40,617 bases of DNA, from the IMG/VR virus record IMGVR_UViG_3300045988_087103, positions 1-40,617 of that record. One strand, written 5' to 3'. The translations under genes and the position numbers were made by a program. Positions within the stretch are counted from its first letter, which is position 1. Every line of letters starts with the position of its first letter. This DNA comes from a virus. Shown here piece after piece: positions 7,300 through 15,542 of this stretch. The notes beneath the pieces are model-generated. The model did not search any database, was not told the origin of the DNA, and saw only the letters and a list, made by a program, of their open reading frames with translations.

Positions 7300-7498
7300 T
7301 TCCCTGCAGCAGGATATGCAGGAGGTATCTGAAGCAGTAAAGAAAGTGAAAGCCAGACATGGGATAACCAGCCTGAGCTTTGAAAGCTGTAACGGCGTGG
7401 AGAGATTCTGGTCTTCCCGCGGCGGCAAAGGAAATCTGGCCGGAACCAGACAGGGAAAATATGGCCGGGACCCGGAAGGAAACTTTGAGAAACTTTAA
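7286..7498 (+). CDS. Hypothetical protein
   Basis: 70 aa, GTG start after aaaaggaggcgaaagc, overlaps the Rep gene end. Confidence 0.5.
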   Translation: MKEFDSLQQDMQEVSEAVKKVKARHGITSLSFESCNGVERFWSSRGGKGNLAGTRQGKYGRDPEGNFEKL

Positions 7499-7510
7499 GG
7501 AGGAGAGGAC

Positions 7511-7723
7511 ATGACAAAAACACAGCGCCTGGAATGGGAAAACAAAAAAATGAAAGAAACCCTGGAACGGGTACATTGCCTCTGCAAAATGACAGACGAA
7601 GAGCGAAGACAGTACATGAGGGAAAAAGGATTTGAAGAACGCTACTTTTCCGCAGCGGCCCTGGGAGAAATCCAGGCTATATCGGAAATGATACTGCGGG
7701 AGATGAAGGAGGCGGAAAAATGA
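7511..7723 (+). CDS. Hypothetical protein
   Basis: 70 aa, SD taaggagg. Confidence 0.6.
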   Translation: MTKTQRLEWENKKMKETLERVHCLCKMTDEERRQYMREKGFEERYFSAAALGEIQAISEMILREMKEAEK

Positions 7724-7866
7724 CACTGACATACGTTATCTGGGCATGGGAAATGTTAAGGGCATCCTTTTACACCCTTATCCTGTATGCCTTTGCGTAT
7801 ACGATTTTTGCAGAAGGTATGGACAGATACCGGAAATGGAGGGGGAAATGCGGGAGAAAAAAGTAA
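7720..7866 (+). CDS. Possible small membrane protein (48 aa; too short for the ORF track)
   Basis: ATGA start/stop overlap with the previous gene, GGAGG 7 nt upstream. MTLTYVIWAWEMLRASFYTLILYAFAYTIFAEG... is hydrophobic with a basic tail. Confidence 0.35.
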   Translation: MTLTYVIWAWEMLRASFYTLILYAFAYTIFAEGMDRYRKWRGKCGRKK

Positions 7867-8300
7867 ACCTGTACCTGGAATGCAATACGACAGTGTTCGG
7901 AAAGAAAGAACGCCTGTGCGGATACGTTTTAGAGTACATAACGGAGAAGGGCCCGGTTACCCTGGTAGATTACCGGGAGGGACGGGGCACATACAACCGG
8001 GAGTTCCTCCGGGGACTGGCCGAAGCCCTGGAAAGAATCAAAGAGCCGTGTGTGCTCTCTATATACGGCCAGAACCGATTCATCATGAACATGCTCCGGG
8101 ACCGGTTAAAAGACTGGGCAGCAGATGACTTTATATCAAATGGCCGCCCAATTATGAACCAGGAAGAGTGGCGCCGGATATGGGAACAGGTACAGAAGCA
8201 CAAAGTCACCGTGGAACTGGGAGAGCATGCTTATTCCCGGTGGCTGCTGTCAGAAATGGAGGATAAAAATGCAGGAATTACCGAAAAACAAAGTAATTAG
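7848..8300 (+). CDS. RNase H-like fold protein, apparently with substituted catalytic residues
   Basis: 150 aa from the ATG after GGAGG. TYNREFLRGLAEALERIKEPCVLSIYGQNRFI...LKDWAADDF...NGRPIMNQEEW parallels the RNase HI pattern NNRAEL..A...L......V.I.TDSQY......W. Confidence 0.45.
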   Translation: MREKKVNLYLECNTTVFGKKERLCGYVLEYITEKGPVTLVDYREGRGTYNREFLRGLAEALERIKEPCVLSIYGQNRFIMNMLRDRLKDWAADDFISNGRPIMNQEEWRRIWEQVQKHKVTVELGEHAYSRWLLSEMEDKNAGITEKQSN

Positions 8301-8547
8301 CAGCTTACGGGAGATAAACAGGGAAGTAGTCCCTATGCCTATGGTAGTTATCTACAAAAACCCAGCGGACTTCCCAAAAGGCTGTGTGGCAAGAGTATTT
8401 GACGCAAAGACCGGAAGACCCACGTCTTTATGCATTCTGCGTAAAACCGTACAGGAGTGCCGGGAAGACGTACAGAAAAGTGGATTTTATGTAAGATTTC
8501 CCAGAGCGGCAGCAGACGACAAATGTATCGTGGAGAGCTGGATATGA
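8269..8547 (+). CDS. Hypothetical protein (start ambiguous; ATG 8335 is an alternative)
   Basis: 92 aa, GGAGG 6 nt upstream of ATG 8269. Confidence 0.5.
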   Translation: MQELPKNKVISSLREINREVVPMPMVVIYKNPADFPKGCVARVFDAKTGRPTSLCILRKTVQECREDVQKSGFYVRFPRAAADDKCIVESWI

Positions 8548-8876
8548 AGAAACAGAAAAGCATTTTACAGGACCAGAGCATAAAGCAGTGTTACCTCTGC
8601 ATGGCGCTGTATGGAGACTACAGCTACAAATACGTGGAAGACCACCACATTTTCTTCGGAACATCCAACCGAAAAAACAGCGAGCGGCACGGATTTAAAG
8701 CAAATCTCTGCCTGGGACACCACCGGATGGGACCGGAGGCGGTACATAACAACCGGGAAATGGATTTAAGGCTAAAAGAAATGTGCCAGGAGGAATACGA
8801 AAAGACCCATACCCGGCAGGAATTTGTCCAAATTATCGGAAAATCCTATTTAGGTGGGGAATTTTTCCACACTTGA
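8544..8876 (+). CDS. HNH/NinG-like Cys-His motif protein
   Basis: 110 aa, ATGA overlap with the upstream gene. CYLC...EDHHIFFGTSNRKNSERHGFKANLCLGHH resembles an HNH/NinG-type motif. Confidence 0.45.
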   Translation: MKKQKSILQDQSIKQCYLCMALYGDYSYKYVEDHHIFFGTSNRKNSERHGFKANLCLGHHRMGPEAVHNNREMDLRLKEMCQEEYEKTHTRQEFVQIIGKSYLGGEFFHT

Positions 8877-9037
8877 ATTTAACGTTACGGAGGGACATTT
8901 TTGAACCCCGATTTTTAAAAAAGTGAAGAAAAAATGGGATAAAATCCCCACTTTCCACAAATTTTCTGTGGATAGAAACCCGTAAACACCAGTAAATAAC
9001 ATACGGGAGGACGGTGGGGGACTTTGAAAGGAGAACT

Positions 9038-9466
9038 ATGAATAAGGTTATTTTAATGGGACGTTTAACCAGAGACCCGGAAGTAAAATACACCCAGGGA
9101 GAAAATGCCATGGCCATTGCCAGATATACCCTGGCTGTTGACCGCCGGTTTAAAAGGGATGGAGAGGCCGCCGCAGACTTTATAAGCTGTGTGGCTTTCG
9201 GAAGACAGGCAGAATTTGCCGAGAAATACCTGCGCCAGGGAATCCGCATCGTAGTGACCGGACGTATCCAGACAGGCAGCTACACCAACCGGGACGGAAA
9301 CAAGGTATACACCACAGACGTGGTTGTGGAAGAGCAGGAGTTTGCCGAAAGCAAAAATGCGCAGAACCATGCAGCAGGACAAGCGGCAGCAGGAAACCCA
9401 CAGGTAGACCCGGACGGATTCATGAACATTCCGGACGGCATTGACGAAGAATTGCCATTTAGCTAA
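9038..9466 (+). CDS. ssb: Single-stranded DNA-binding protein
   Basis: MNKVILMGRLTRDPEVKYT...OB-fold signature, Gly/Gln/Ala-rich linker and acidic tip DEELPFS. SD aaaggag. Confidence 0.92.
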   Translation: MNKVILMGRLTRDPEVKYTQGENAMAIARYTLAVDRRFKRDGEAAADFISCVAFGRQAEFAEKYLRQGIRIVVTGRIQTGSYTNRDGNKVYTTDVVVEEQEFAESKNAQNHAAGQAAAGNPQVDPDGFMNIPDGIDEELPFS

Positions 9467-9476
9467 GGAGGAAACC

Positions 9477-9998
9477 ATGAACAAAAAAGAAGAAAAGTGG
9501 AGAAACGAGGGCGCGGCCTATGCCCTCAGAGTTGCAAAGGAGAAAGGCGTAGAATATCTGGAACAGGATTTAAGGAGACGGGGCGCCCTGGGTATTTCTG
9601 TTATCCTTCCGGAAAAGACGGTAGAGGAACTTTACGATATGCTGGCCAAGCGGATAATGAATACCATGAAAACAGTAGCCATGTGGGTGCTCTACGCAGA
9701 GCACGGCTGGCGTTCTGTCCGCCTGCAGAGGTTCGAGAAGCAAATGGACGAGCACAGTGAGGATTGCATGAGTTATGACCGGTTCGGAAACAACTATGTA
9801 ACCCTCTCTGACATGGCAAAGACCATGAAGGAAACCTGCGGCATACACCCGGACATGGAAACGCTGGAAACCATAGAGCGGGAAAACAAGCAGGCACACG
9901 GGAAATTTGTCTCCTTAGAGGTGGTTATAGAAGTCCTGGAGGAAACCGGGCACAAGGATGTTGCCGAGGCCTTGGCAAAGAAAATAGAAAATGCATAG
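9477..9998 (+). CDS. Hypothetical early protein
   Basis: 173 aa, SD taaggagg. Confidence 0.65.
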   Translation: MNKKEEKWRNEGAAYALRVAKEKGVEYLEQDLRRRGALGISVILPEKTVEELYDMLAKRIMNTMKTVAMWVLYAEHGWRSVRLQRFEKQMDEHSEDCMSYDRFGNNYVTLSDMAKTMKETCGIHPDMETLETIERENKQAHGKFVSLEVVIEVLEETGHKDVAEALAKKIENA

Positions 9999-10007
9999 GA
10001 GGACACT

Positions 10008-10118
10008 ATGGGAAGAGGAAACTTTACAGCCTTTATGTATGGCAGACAGCATGGAAGATGCGTAGGCAGCAGGAAACCAAAGAAACAGATTATAAGAAAT
10101 GCGAAGAAACGGAGGTAA
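10008..10118 (+). CDS. Possible very basic micro-protein (36 aa)
   Basis: AGGAGG then 5 nt then ATG. MGRGNFTAFMYGRQHGRCVGSRKPKKQIIRNAKKRR. Its stop lies inside the SD of the next gene. Confidence 0.3.
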   Translation: MGRGNFTAFMYGRQHGRCVGSRKPKKQIIRNAKKRR

Positions 10119-10122
10119 TACC

Positions 10123-11133
10123 ATGGAGAGGGAAGATATTAGAATCCGGAAAGCCGTTATGCATGTGCTGGACACACAGAGCGGACAGTGCATCTACTCC
10201 GAAAACGAACTGGACACCGGTTCAGATTTCTGCGACTTTTTAAGAGGCCATATCTGGAAGGTAATGGGAAGTGACGAAAAGAAAGAATGCATCTTTGAAG
10301 AAGATTCAGAGGCAGCAGGCTGGATAAAAAACTTAAACACAGAAAACTTCGTGACTGTATCTTTCTATCTGGCCAACAGTCTGTATGGAATTATGGAGGA
10401 AAACATAGACATACCGGCAGCAGACCTGTTTGTGGTTGTGTACGAAATAGAGAGGGAGAAATATCTTGCTATTTTGAAAATGAACTACAAAAGGTCCTAT
10501 ACCCACCAGACAATCCCCGGAACGGAAACCAACGTAGGGGTTGCAATCCAGAAGGCAACTCTTCCGGGAGGCACACAGAAGCTGTCAGAGGCGGCAATAA
10601 TCGAACTGGAGAATCGAAAGAGGCTGTATGTAACCGAGAAAAGATACGATGTAAACGGAATAAAGACCAACTATTTTTCGCAACTCTTTTTGAGATGCCG
10701 GGCAAACCGCTCGGAAAAAGAAAAACTGAATATCGTACAGAGGGTTGTGGAGCATATGCAGCAGAAATATTACTGCGAGGGCAGCGGACAAGTAAAACGG
10801 CAGATAGAAGCCGCAATAGCCATGGACCATGCCCTGGAGGAAACCGGGAAGATAGAAATACGGGACATTATCGAAAAGGTCCTGGAAAATGAGGAAATGC
10901 AGCAGGAGGCCAGGGAGAAGCTGGAACGGTATGGAATAGAAAATGCCAGAATAGAGCCGAAAAATGAAAGCACAAAGAAGAGAATCTCTTTCCAGACCTT
11001 AAAAACAGACACAGGAATAGAAATAAGGATACCAACCCAGGAATTTGAGCGGGACAGCGTACAGCTTATGGACTGTGAGGACGGAACCATGCAGATGTTA
11101 ATAGGAAATTTTGGGAGAATCGAGAAAAGATAG
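10123..11133 (+). CDS. Nucleoid-associated protein, NdpA/YejK (NA37)-like
   Basis: 336 aa. N-terminal IRKAVMHVLD...then LRGHIWK and overall length fit the NA37 family as recalled. SD ggaggt. Confidence 0.5.
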   Translation: MEREDIRIRKAVMHVLDTQSGQCIYSENELDTGSDFCDFLRGHIWKVMGSDEKKECIFEEDSEAAGWIKNLNTENFVTVSFYLANSLYGIMEENIDIPAADLFVVVYEIEREKYLAILKMNYKRSYTHQTIPGTETNVGVAIQKATLPGGTQKLSEAAIIELENRKRLYVTEKRYDVNGIKTNYFSQLFLRCRANRSEKEKLNIVQRVVEHMQQKYYCEGSGQVKRQIEAAIAMDHALEETGKIEIRDIIEKVLENEEMQQEAREKLERYGIENARIEPKNESTKKRISFQTLKTDTGIEIRIPTQEFERDSVQLMDCEDGTMQMLIGNFGRIEKR

Positions 11134-11142
11134 GAGAAAGCC

Positions 11143-12255
11143 ATGGAACAAAAAACACTGGAAGAGTTCAAAAACCGAAAGAAGCAAAAAGTAGCTAAGA
11201 TGGCCGCTATGCAGGCCTTGCCGTATGAGGTAAAAGTAAGACGCGCAGAAGTCCGGGCGTGGGAATTTATGGAGAAGCTGGATGGAATGGGGCTAAATGC
11301 GCATGTGAGCGTAGGCGGCCTGGACAGTATCACATTGCTGCTGTTTCTTCGCAAAATTGGTATTAACGTCCCGGGAATATCCGTGTCAGTCTTGGAGGAC
11401 AAAAGTATCCAGAAAATCCACAAGGAAATAGGCGTTATGAGTATTAAGCCGGGAAAATCCAAAACAGAGATTTTACAGGAATATGGTTTTCCGGTCCTGT
11501 CGAAAAAGATTGCCGGGAAAATAGAAGCCCTGCAGCACCCAACAGAGAGAAATAAAACCATGCGCCATGCCATTATAACCGGAGAGTGCGGCGCCCAGGG
11601 ACATTATGCCAAGAACAGCCGCATGAAGCTGCCAAATAGGTGGCTGGAACTCTTTGGCGGATACGAAAATGAAAACGAGGGTGTAAATTACCAGATAGCC
11701 CCGTTTAAGGTAAGCAACAAATGCTGCTTACACATGAAAGAAAAGCCATGCGAGGAATGGGCAAAAGAACATAGCAGCAAGCCGTTTTTAGGATTAATGG
11801 CATCTGAAGGAGGCCAAAGGCAGGACGCCCTTGTGGAGCACGGCTGTAATTACTTCGGAAAAACAGTAATACGTTCCGCGCCATTTGCCCCGTTTCTTCG
11901 CCAGGACATCTTACAGCTTGCCCTGGACTTGGATGTCCCGGTGCCAGAAATATACGGAACCATAGAACGTAAGCCAGATGGAACCCTGTACACTACAAAG
12001 GCACAGAGAACAGGCTGCAGTATGTGTGGATTTGGGGTACACATGGAAAAACGCCCGCATCGGTTCGATTTGTTAAGAGAGCGCAACCCGAAAGAGTGGG
12101 AATTTTATATGTACCGATGTTGTACAGACGAAAAGACAGGGGAGAAGTTTGGCTGGGGACGTGTACTGGATTACATAGGTGTGGAATGGGAGAATATCCC
12201 GGACGGTTGCGAAATCCCCGGACAGATGAACATAGAAGACTTTTTGGAGGTATAG
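11143..12255 (+). CDS. PAPS-reductase-like PP-loop protein (IbrA/DndC-like)
   Basis: 370 aa. PP-loop-like VSVGGLDSITLL. C-terminal Cys cluster (KCCLHMKEKPC...CSMCGFG). Confidence 0.75.
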   Translation: MEQKTLEEFKNRKKQKVAKMAAMQALPYEVKVRRAEVRAWEFMEKLDGMGLNAHVSVGGLDSITLLLFLRKIGINVPGISVSVLEDKSIQKIHKEIGVMSIKPGKSKTEILQEYGFPVLSKKIAGKIEALQHPTERNKTMRHAIITGECGAQGHYAKNSRMKLPNRWLELFGGYENENEGVNYQIAPFKVSNKCCLHMKEKPCEEWAKEHSSKPFLGLMASEGGQRQDALVEHGCNYFGKTVIRSAPFAPFLRQDILQLALDLDVPVPEIYGTIERKPDGTLYTTKAQRTGCSMCGFGVHMEKRPHRFDLLRERNPKEWEFYMYRCCTDEKTGEKFGWGRVLDYIGVEWENIPDGCEIPGQMNIEDFLEV

Positions 12256-12258
12256 AGC

Positions 12259-12456
12259 ATGGACAAAAATAAATTAACCCCAGGAAAGAAATACCTGCGT
12301 AAGCGTAAAACCACCTATGCAGGAAAAGAAGTAGAAGCAGAAAGTTGGATAGAGTGTATGCAGATTACGCCTGCAGGGGCGGTGTTCTGGACCAGTGACG
12401 ATTTGCTAAAGCTGACAAACGAGCAGATAGAAAAAGAAGTCCGGGAGGCGAAATGA
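12259..12456 (+). CDS. Hypothetical protein
   Basis: 65 aa, SD ggaggt, coupled to its neighbours. Confidence 0.55.
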   Translation: MDKNKLTPGKKYLRKRKTTYAGKEVEAESWIECMQITPAGAVFWTSDDLLKLTNEQIEKEVREAK

Positions 12457-12764
12457 TGGATGGGAAGAAAATTAAAGAAACAATAGAAGTTTTCCAAGAC
12501 CAAATTGAGTGGATAAAGGCTATTACAGACGCAGAAAGCGAAGGATTATGTGAGGGATGCATTGAATATTTTGAAACAGCAATCGAAGCACTGGAAAAGC
12601 AGTTGCCGAAGAAAGGAATTAAAGAAAAGATAACAGAAGGAACACATAAGGGCTTGCATAATTTTTATTGTCCTGTTTGTTATGGAAACGGAGATTTGAG
12701 TAATAAGTGCAATGTTGGAGAATATTGTTCTGATTGCGGACAGAAATTAGATTGGGGGAAGTGA
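12453..12764 (+). CDS. Hypothetical protein with C-terminal zinc ribbon
   Basis: 103 aa, ATGA overlap. CPVCYG...CSDCG. Confidence 0.6.
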   Translation: MMDGKKIKETIEVFQDQIEWIKAITDAESEGLCEGCIEYFETAIEALEKQLPKKGIKEKITEGTHKGLHNFYCPVCYGNGDLSNKCNVGEYCSDCGQKLDWGK

Positions 12765-12765
12765 T

Positions 12766-13230
12766 ATGAATGTATTAGAGAAGATTTTAGAAGAGATTGA
12801 AGAAGCAACATCTCAAGAAGATGCGCCTATTTATCTGGGAAACATGGAAGTAGATTGGTATGTGCGGGAGAGTAGGGTAAAAGAAATCATCTGTTCCCAT
12901 ATGGCCGATGCTCCAGACGCGGATAACGACTGGATTCCGGTGGACGAAGAATTGCCGCCGTTTGGGGAAAGATTGCAGGCAACCATCCTGCATCATGAGT
13001 GGATAACAGACTATGATTCCTCTTGGGTGCCGGAGAAAGAAAAAACTTATTACCAAGAATATACAGAGGTATGCGAAATTTATCCAATGGGTGGGATGTG
13101 GTTTTATACATGTAAGGAGAATGAATACGAAGGAGAAGTTGCGTATATCAAACCAGCAAAAGACTTAGGGAGTCCAATAAGCGAGATAATCGCCTGGAGA
13201 CCACTTCCGGAACCATACAAGCAAAATTAA
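12766..13230 (+). CDS. DUF551-like phage protein
   Basis: 154 aa. DWIPVDEELPPFGERL and C-terminal IIAWRPLPEPY resemble the DUF551 pattern. Confidence 0.5.
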   Translation: MNVLEKILEEIEEATSQEDAPIYLGNMEVDWYVRESRVKEIICSHMADAPDADNDWIPVDEELPPFGERLQATILHHEWITDYDSSWVPEKEKTYYQEYTEVCEIYPMGGMWFYTCKENEYEGEVAYIKPAKDLGSPISEIIAWRPLPEPYKQN

Positions 13231-13269
13231 AAGAGTACCTAAGAAATTAAAGTTTAGTGGAGGTTGGGA

Positions 13270-13617
13270 ATGAGCAATGCTTTAAAAAGAATGAAAAAGA
13301 GAATGGAGAGACAACTGGAAGAAACACAGGAAGAGGAGGCATTGAAAAAAGAGGAAATACTTGTTCATGGCGCGATGAAATATAAATGTGAGACATGCGG
13401 ACGTGAATGGATAATGTATCTGGAGAAAGGCATTGAAGAGTTCGGCGAGGAACATAAACCTTCTCCATTCGTTATTCGCTGTAAGTGCGGCGGAATGGCG
13501 AGAGATATATCTGGGATAATCAAATTTGCGGGAGGCGGATATTATCCATTGCCTGGTGCGGAAAGCTATTTTGCAAATACAGAAGATTCGGACTGCGGAG
13601 TGCCGATTCTGAAATGA
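13270..13617 (+). CDS. Hypothetical zinc-ribbon protein
   Basis: 115 aa from ATG after GTGGAGGT. CETCG...CKCGG. Confidence 0.55.
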   Translation: MSNALKRMKKRMERQLEETQEEEALKKEEILVHGAMKYKCETCGREWIMYLEKGIEEFGEEHKPSPFVIRCKCGGMARDISGIIKFAGGGYYPLPGAESYFANTEDSDCGVPILK

Positions 13618-13642
13618 ATACTGAAATTTAGTGGAGGTAAAA

Positions 13643-13798
13643 ATGGAAGCGGAGAAAATAACAAGCAATTTAGAATTTGATGTGAAATATGAAGATGGCA
13701 GCAGGAAAGAGGTGAAGGAAGGAATCCTGTTTGAATTCAAAGGAAATAAAACATATGGTCACATAGGAAAAGCAGAAAAGAAGCATTGTTTTCTGTAG
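13643..13798 (+). CDS. Small hypothetical protein (51 aa), possibly the 5' part of a frameshifted longer ORF
   Basis: GTGGAGGT SD then ATG 13643, stop TAG 13796..13798. The -1 frame stays open to 13893. Confidence 0.4.
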   Translation: MEAEKITSNLEFDVKYEDGSRKEVKEGILFEFKGNKTYGHIGKAEKKHCFL

Positions 13799-13889
13799 CA
13801 GAATCATTAACCGAAATGATAGTCGCTTTTGGGCTTGACGAAGAATTTGAGAAATATATAGAGAATGCAGAATTTAAGGAAGGAGACTT

Positions 13890-14048
13890 ATGAACTGCAA
13901 CAACTGTAACAAATGTAAAACAGACCTACAAACAGGAGATTGCTACTGCCAACACCGGGGACATTTAATAACTCCCCGGGAAGACTGCCAGACGGCAGCA
14001 GGACAATTCCGGGAGCACATTATTAAGCGATTCGGACAAAGAGAATAG
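13890..14048 (+). CDS. Small Cys-rich protein (52 aa)
   Basis: AAGGAGA SD. MNCNNCNKCKTDLQTGDCYCQHRGH... Confidence 0.45.
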   Translation: MNCNNCNKCKTDLQTGDCYCQHRGHLITPREDCQTAAGQFREHIIKRFGQRE

Positions 14049-14114
14049 GAGGGACACATTTGCTGCCCGCTCTATACGCAGTAAAGAACGTTAAGGATAA
14101 TGAGGAGGATAAAA

Positions 14115-14285
14115 ATGACAAAGGGTAAAGTAAGGAAAATTATAAAAGACATCCATTCGGACGAGTACGACCCAGAGGATAAGCTACTGGCCATACAGGA
14201 AGTAACGGAAATGGAGACACATAATAGTGTTACAAAAACAGACATGGTAGAGGTACTGCGGTGGATATTAGAAGAATACTTATAG
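14115..14285 (+). CDS. Hypothetical protein
   Basis: 56 aa from ATG after AGGAGG. Confidence 0.5.
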   Translation: MTKGKVRKIIKDIHSDEYDPEDKLLAIQEVTEMETHNSVTKTDMVEVLRWILEEYL

Positions 14286-14294
14286 GAGCGCAAT

Positions 14295-14450
14295 ATGGAA
14301 GATAGATGCGTGTGTTGTGGGGAGATAGTACCAGAAGGACAATGGGTATGCGAAAAATGTAAAATGGGAGGAAAGAGAGACCAAAACAAAAAACAAATGG
14401 TAACACTCCACTCTACATATAAGGGAAAGCATAAAAAATATAAAAAGTAA
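14295..14450 (+). CDS. Small zinc-ribbon protein (51 aa)
   Basis: MEDRCVCCGEIVPEGQWVCEKCK... with a basic tail. SD taggag. Confidence 0.45.
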   Translation: MEDRCVCCGEIVPEGQWVCEKCKMGGKRDQNKKQMVTLHSTYKGKHKKYKK

Positions 14451-14479
14451 AAAATACTTAATGGCTAGGAGGTAGTGAA

Positions 14480-15523
14480 ATGAACAGTGATATTAAAAGT
14501 GAAATGAGAAATAATGTGATTGTACAGATGAGACAGTACGTAAACACGGAGGTTCTGAATATTCTGGATGATATTTTGATAGAAGAACTGAGGCAAGTCG
14601 CAATAGAACGGATGGAAACTCTTCCGGCAGAAGTACAAAACACTATAGACGAAAGAAACAAATATATAATAGAGTTGTTTTTATGCAAAAAAGCGTTCTT
14701 GGCAAAAGGAACATTAGAAGACTATCTCCGGTCGGTAAAAATGTTTTTGGTGTTTAATCATAAAGCACTTAATGAGGTTACAGATATTGACATATCCTGT
14801 TATTTAAACTGGTACGAAAGAAGAAATGTGAATAACAACGGAAAAATAAACCGCGGGGTGACGGTAAACAATGAAAGGAAATTCTTGTCTGCTTTCTTTG
14901 GCTGGATGCGAAAAGAAAAAATGATAGAAAGCAATCCGGTTGAAACAATACCGCAGAGACCAGAGCAGCGCGGGCCGATTGACTGCTTTACACGGACCGA
15001 AATGGAAAAATTAAGAGAGGCATGTGCAAGCGAAAGAGACAGAGCAATACTGGAAGTGTTGAGAAGTACAGGCGCCAGAGTGGGAGAAGTGTTGAGAATA
15101 AACCGCTTTTGCATAAATTGGGAAACTGGGGACGTTATGGTGCAAAGCGAAAAGAAGCGCACAACCAATTCGTACAGGATTCTGTATCTGGATGAGGAGT
15201 GTAGGTATCATTTGCAAAAGTATCTTTCTACAAGAATAGATAATAATCCTTGTCTTTTTATTGCATGCAGAGCCCCGTATAATGCCTTGAAAAAAAGCGG
15301 GGTTGAAGTAATTATGAAAAATATAGGGAAACGTGCAGGGCTGGAGTGCAGAGTATATCCGCATAAAATGAGGAAAACGCTTGGAATGACATTAAGAGAA
15401 AAAGGGGTAGACATAGGAACAATACAAGAGGTGCTTGGACACGAAGACCCGGCAATAACAGTAAAATATTATGCTTCCAGTACAGCGGACACGTTAAGGC
15501 AGATTCGTAAGAGGGCGGCTTAA
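14480..15523 (+). CDS. Tyrosine site-specific recombinase (XerC/D/integrase family)
   Basis: 347 aa. N-terminal SAM-like domain. C-terminal catalytic pattern ...RSTGARVGEVLRI...HKMRKTLGMTL...IQEVLGHEDPAITVKYYA. AGGAGG SD. Confidence 0.9.
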   Translation: MNSDIKSEMRNNVIVQMRQYVNTEVLNILDDILIEELRQVAIERMETLPAEVQNTIDERNKYIIELFLCKKAFLAKGTLEDYLRSVKMFLVFNHKALNEVTDIDISCYLNWYERRNVNNNGKINRGVTVNNERKFLSAFFGWMRKEKMIESNPVETIPQRPEQRGPIDCFTRTEMEKLREACASERDRAILEVLRSTGARVGEVLRINRFCINWETGDVMVQSEKKRTTNSYRILYLDEECRYHLQKYLSTRIDNNPCLFIACRAPYNALKKSGVEVIMKNIGKRAGLECRVYPHKMRKTLGMTLREKGVDIGTIQEVLGHEDPAITVKYYASSTADTLRQIRKRAA

Positions 15524-15542
15524 ATAAAACGGAGGTGAAACT

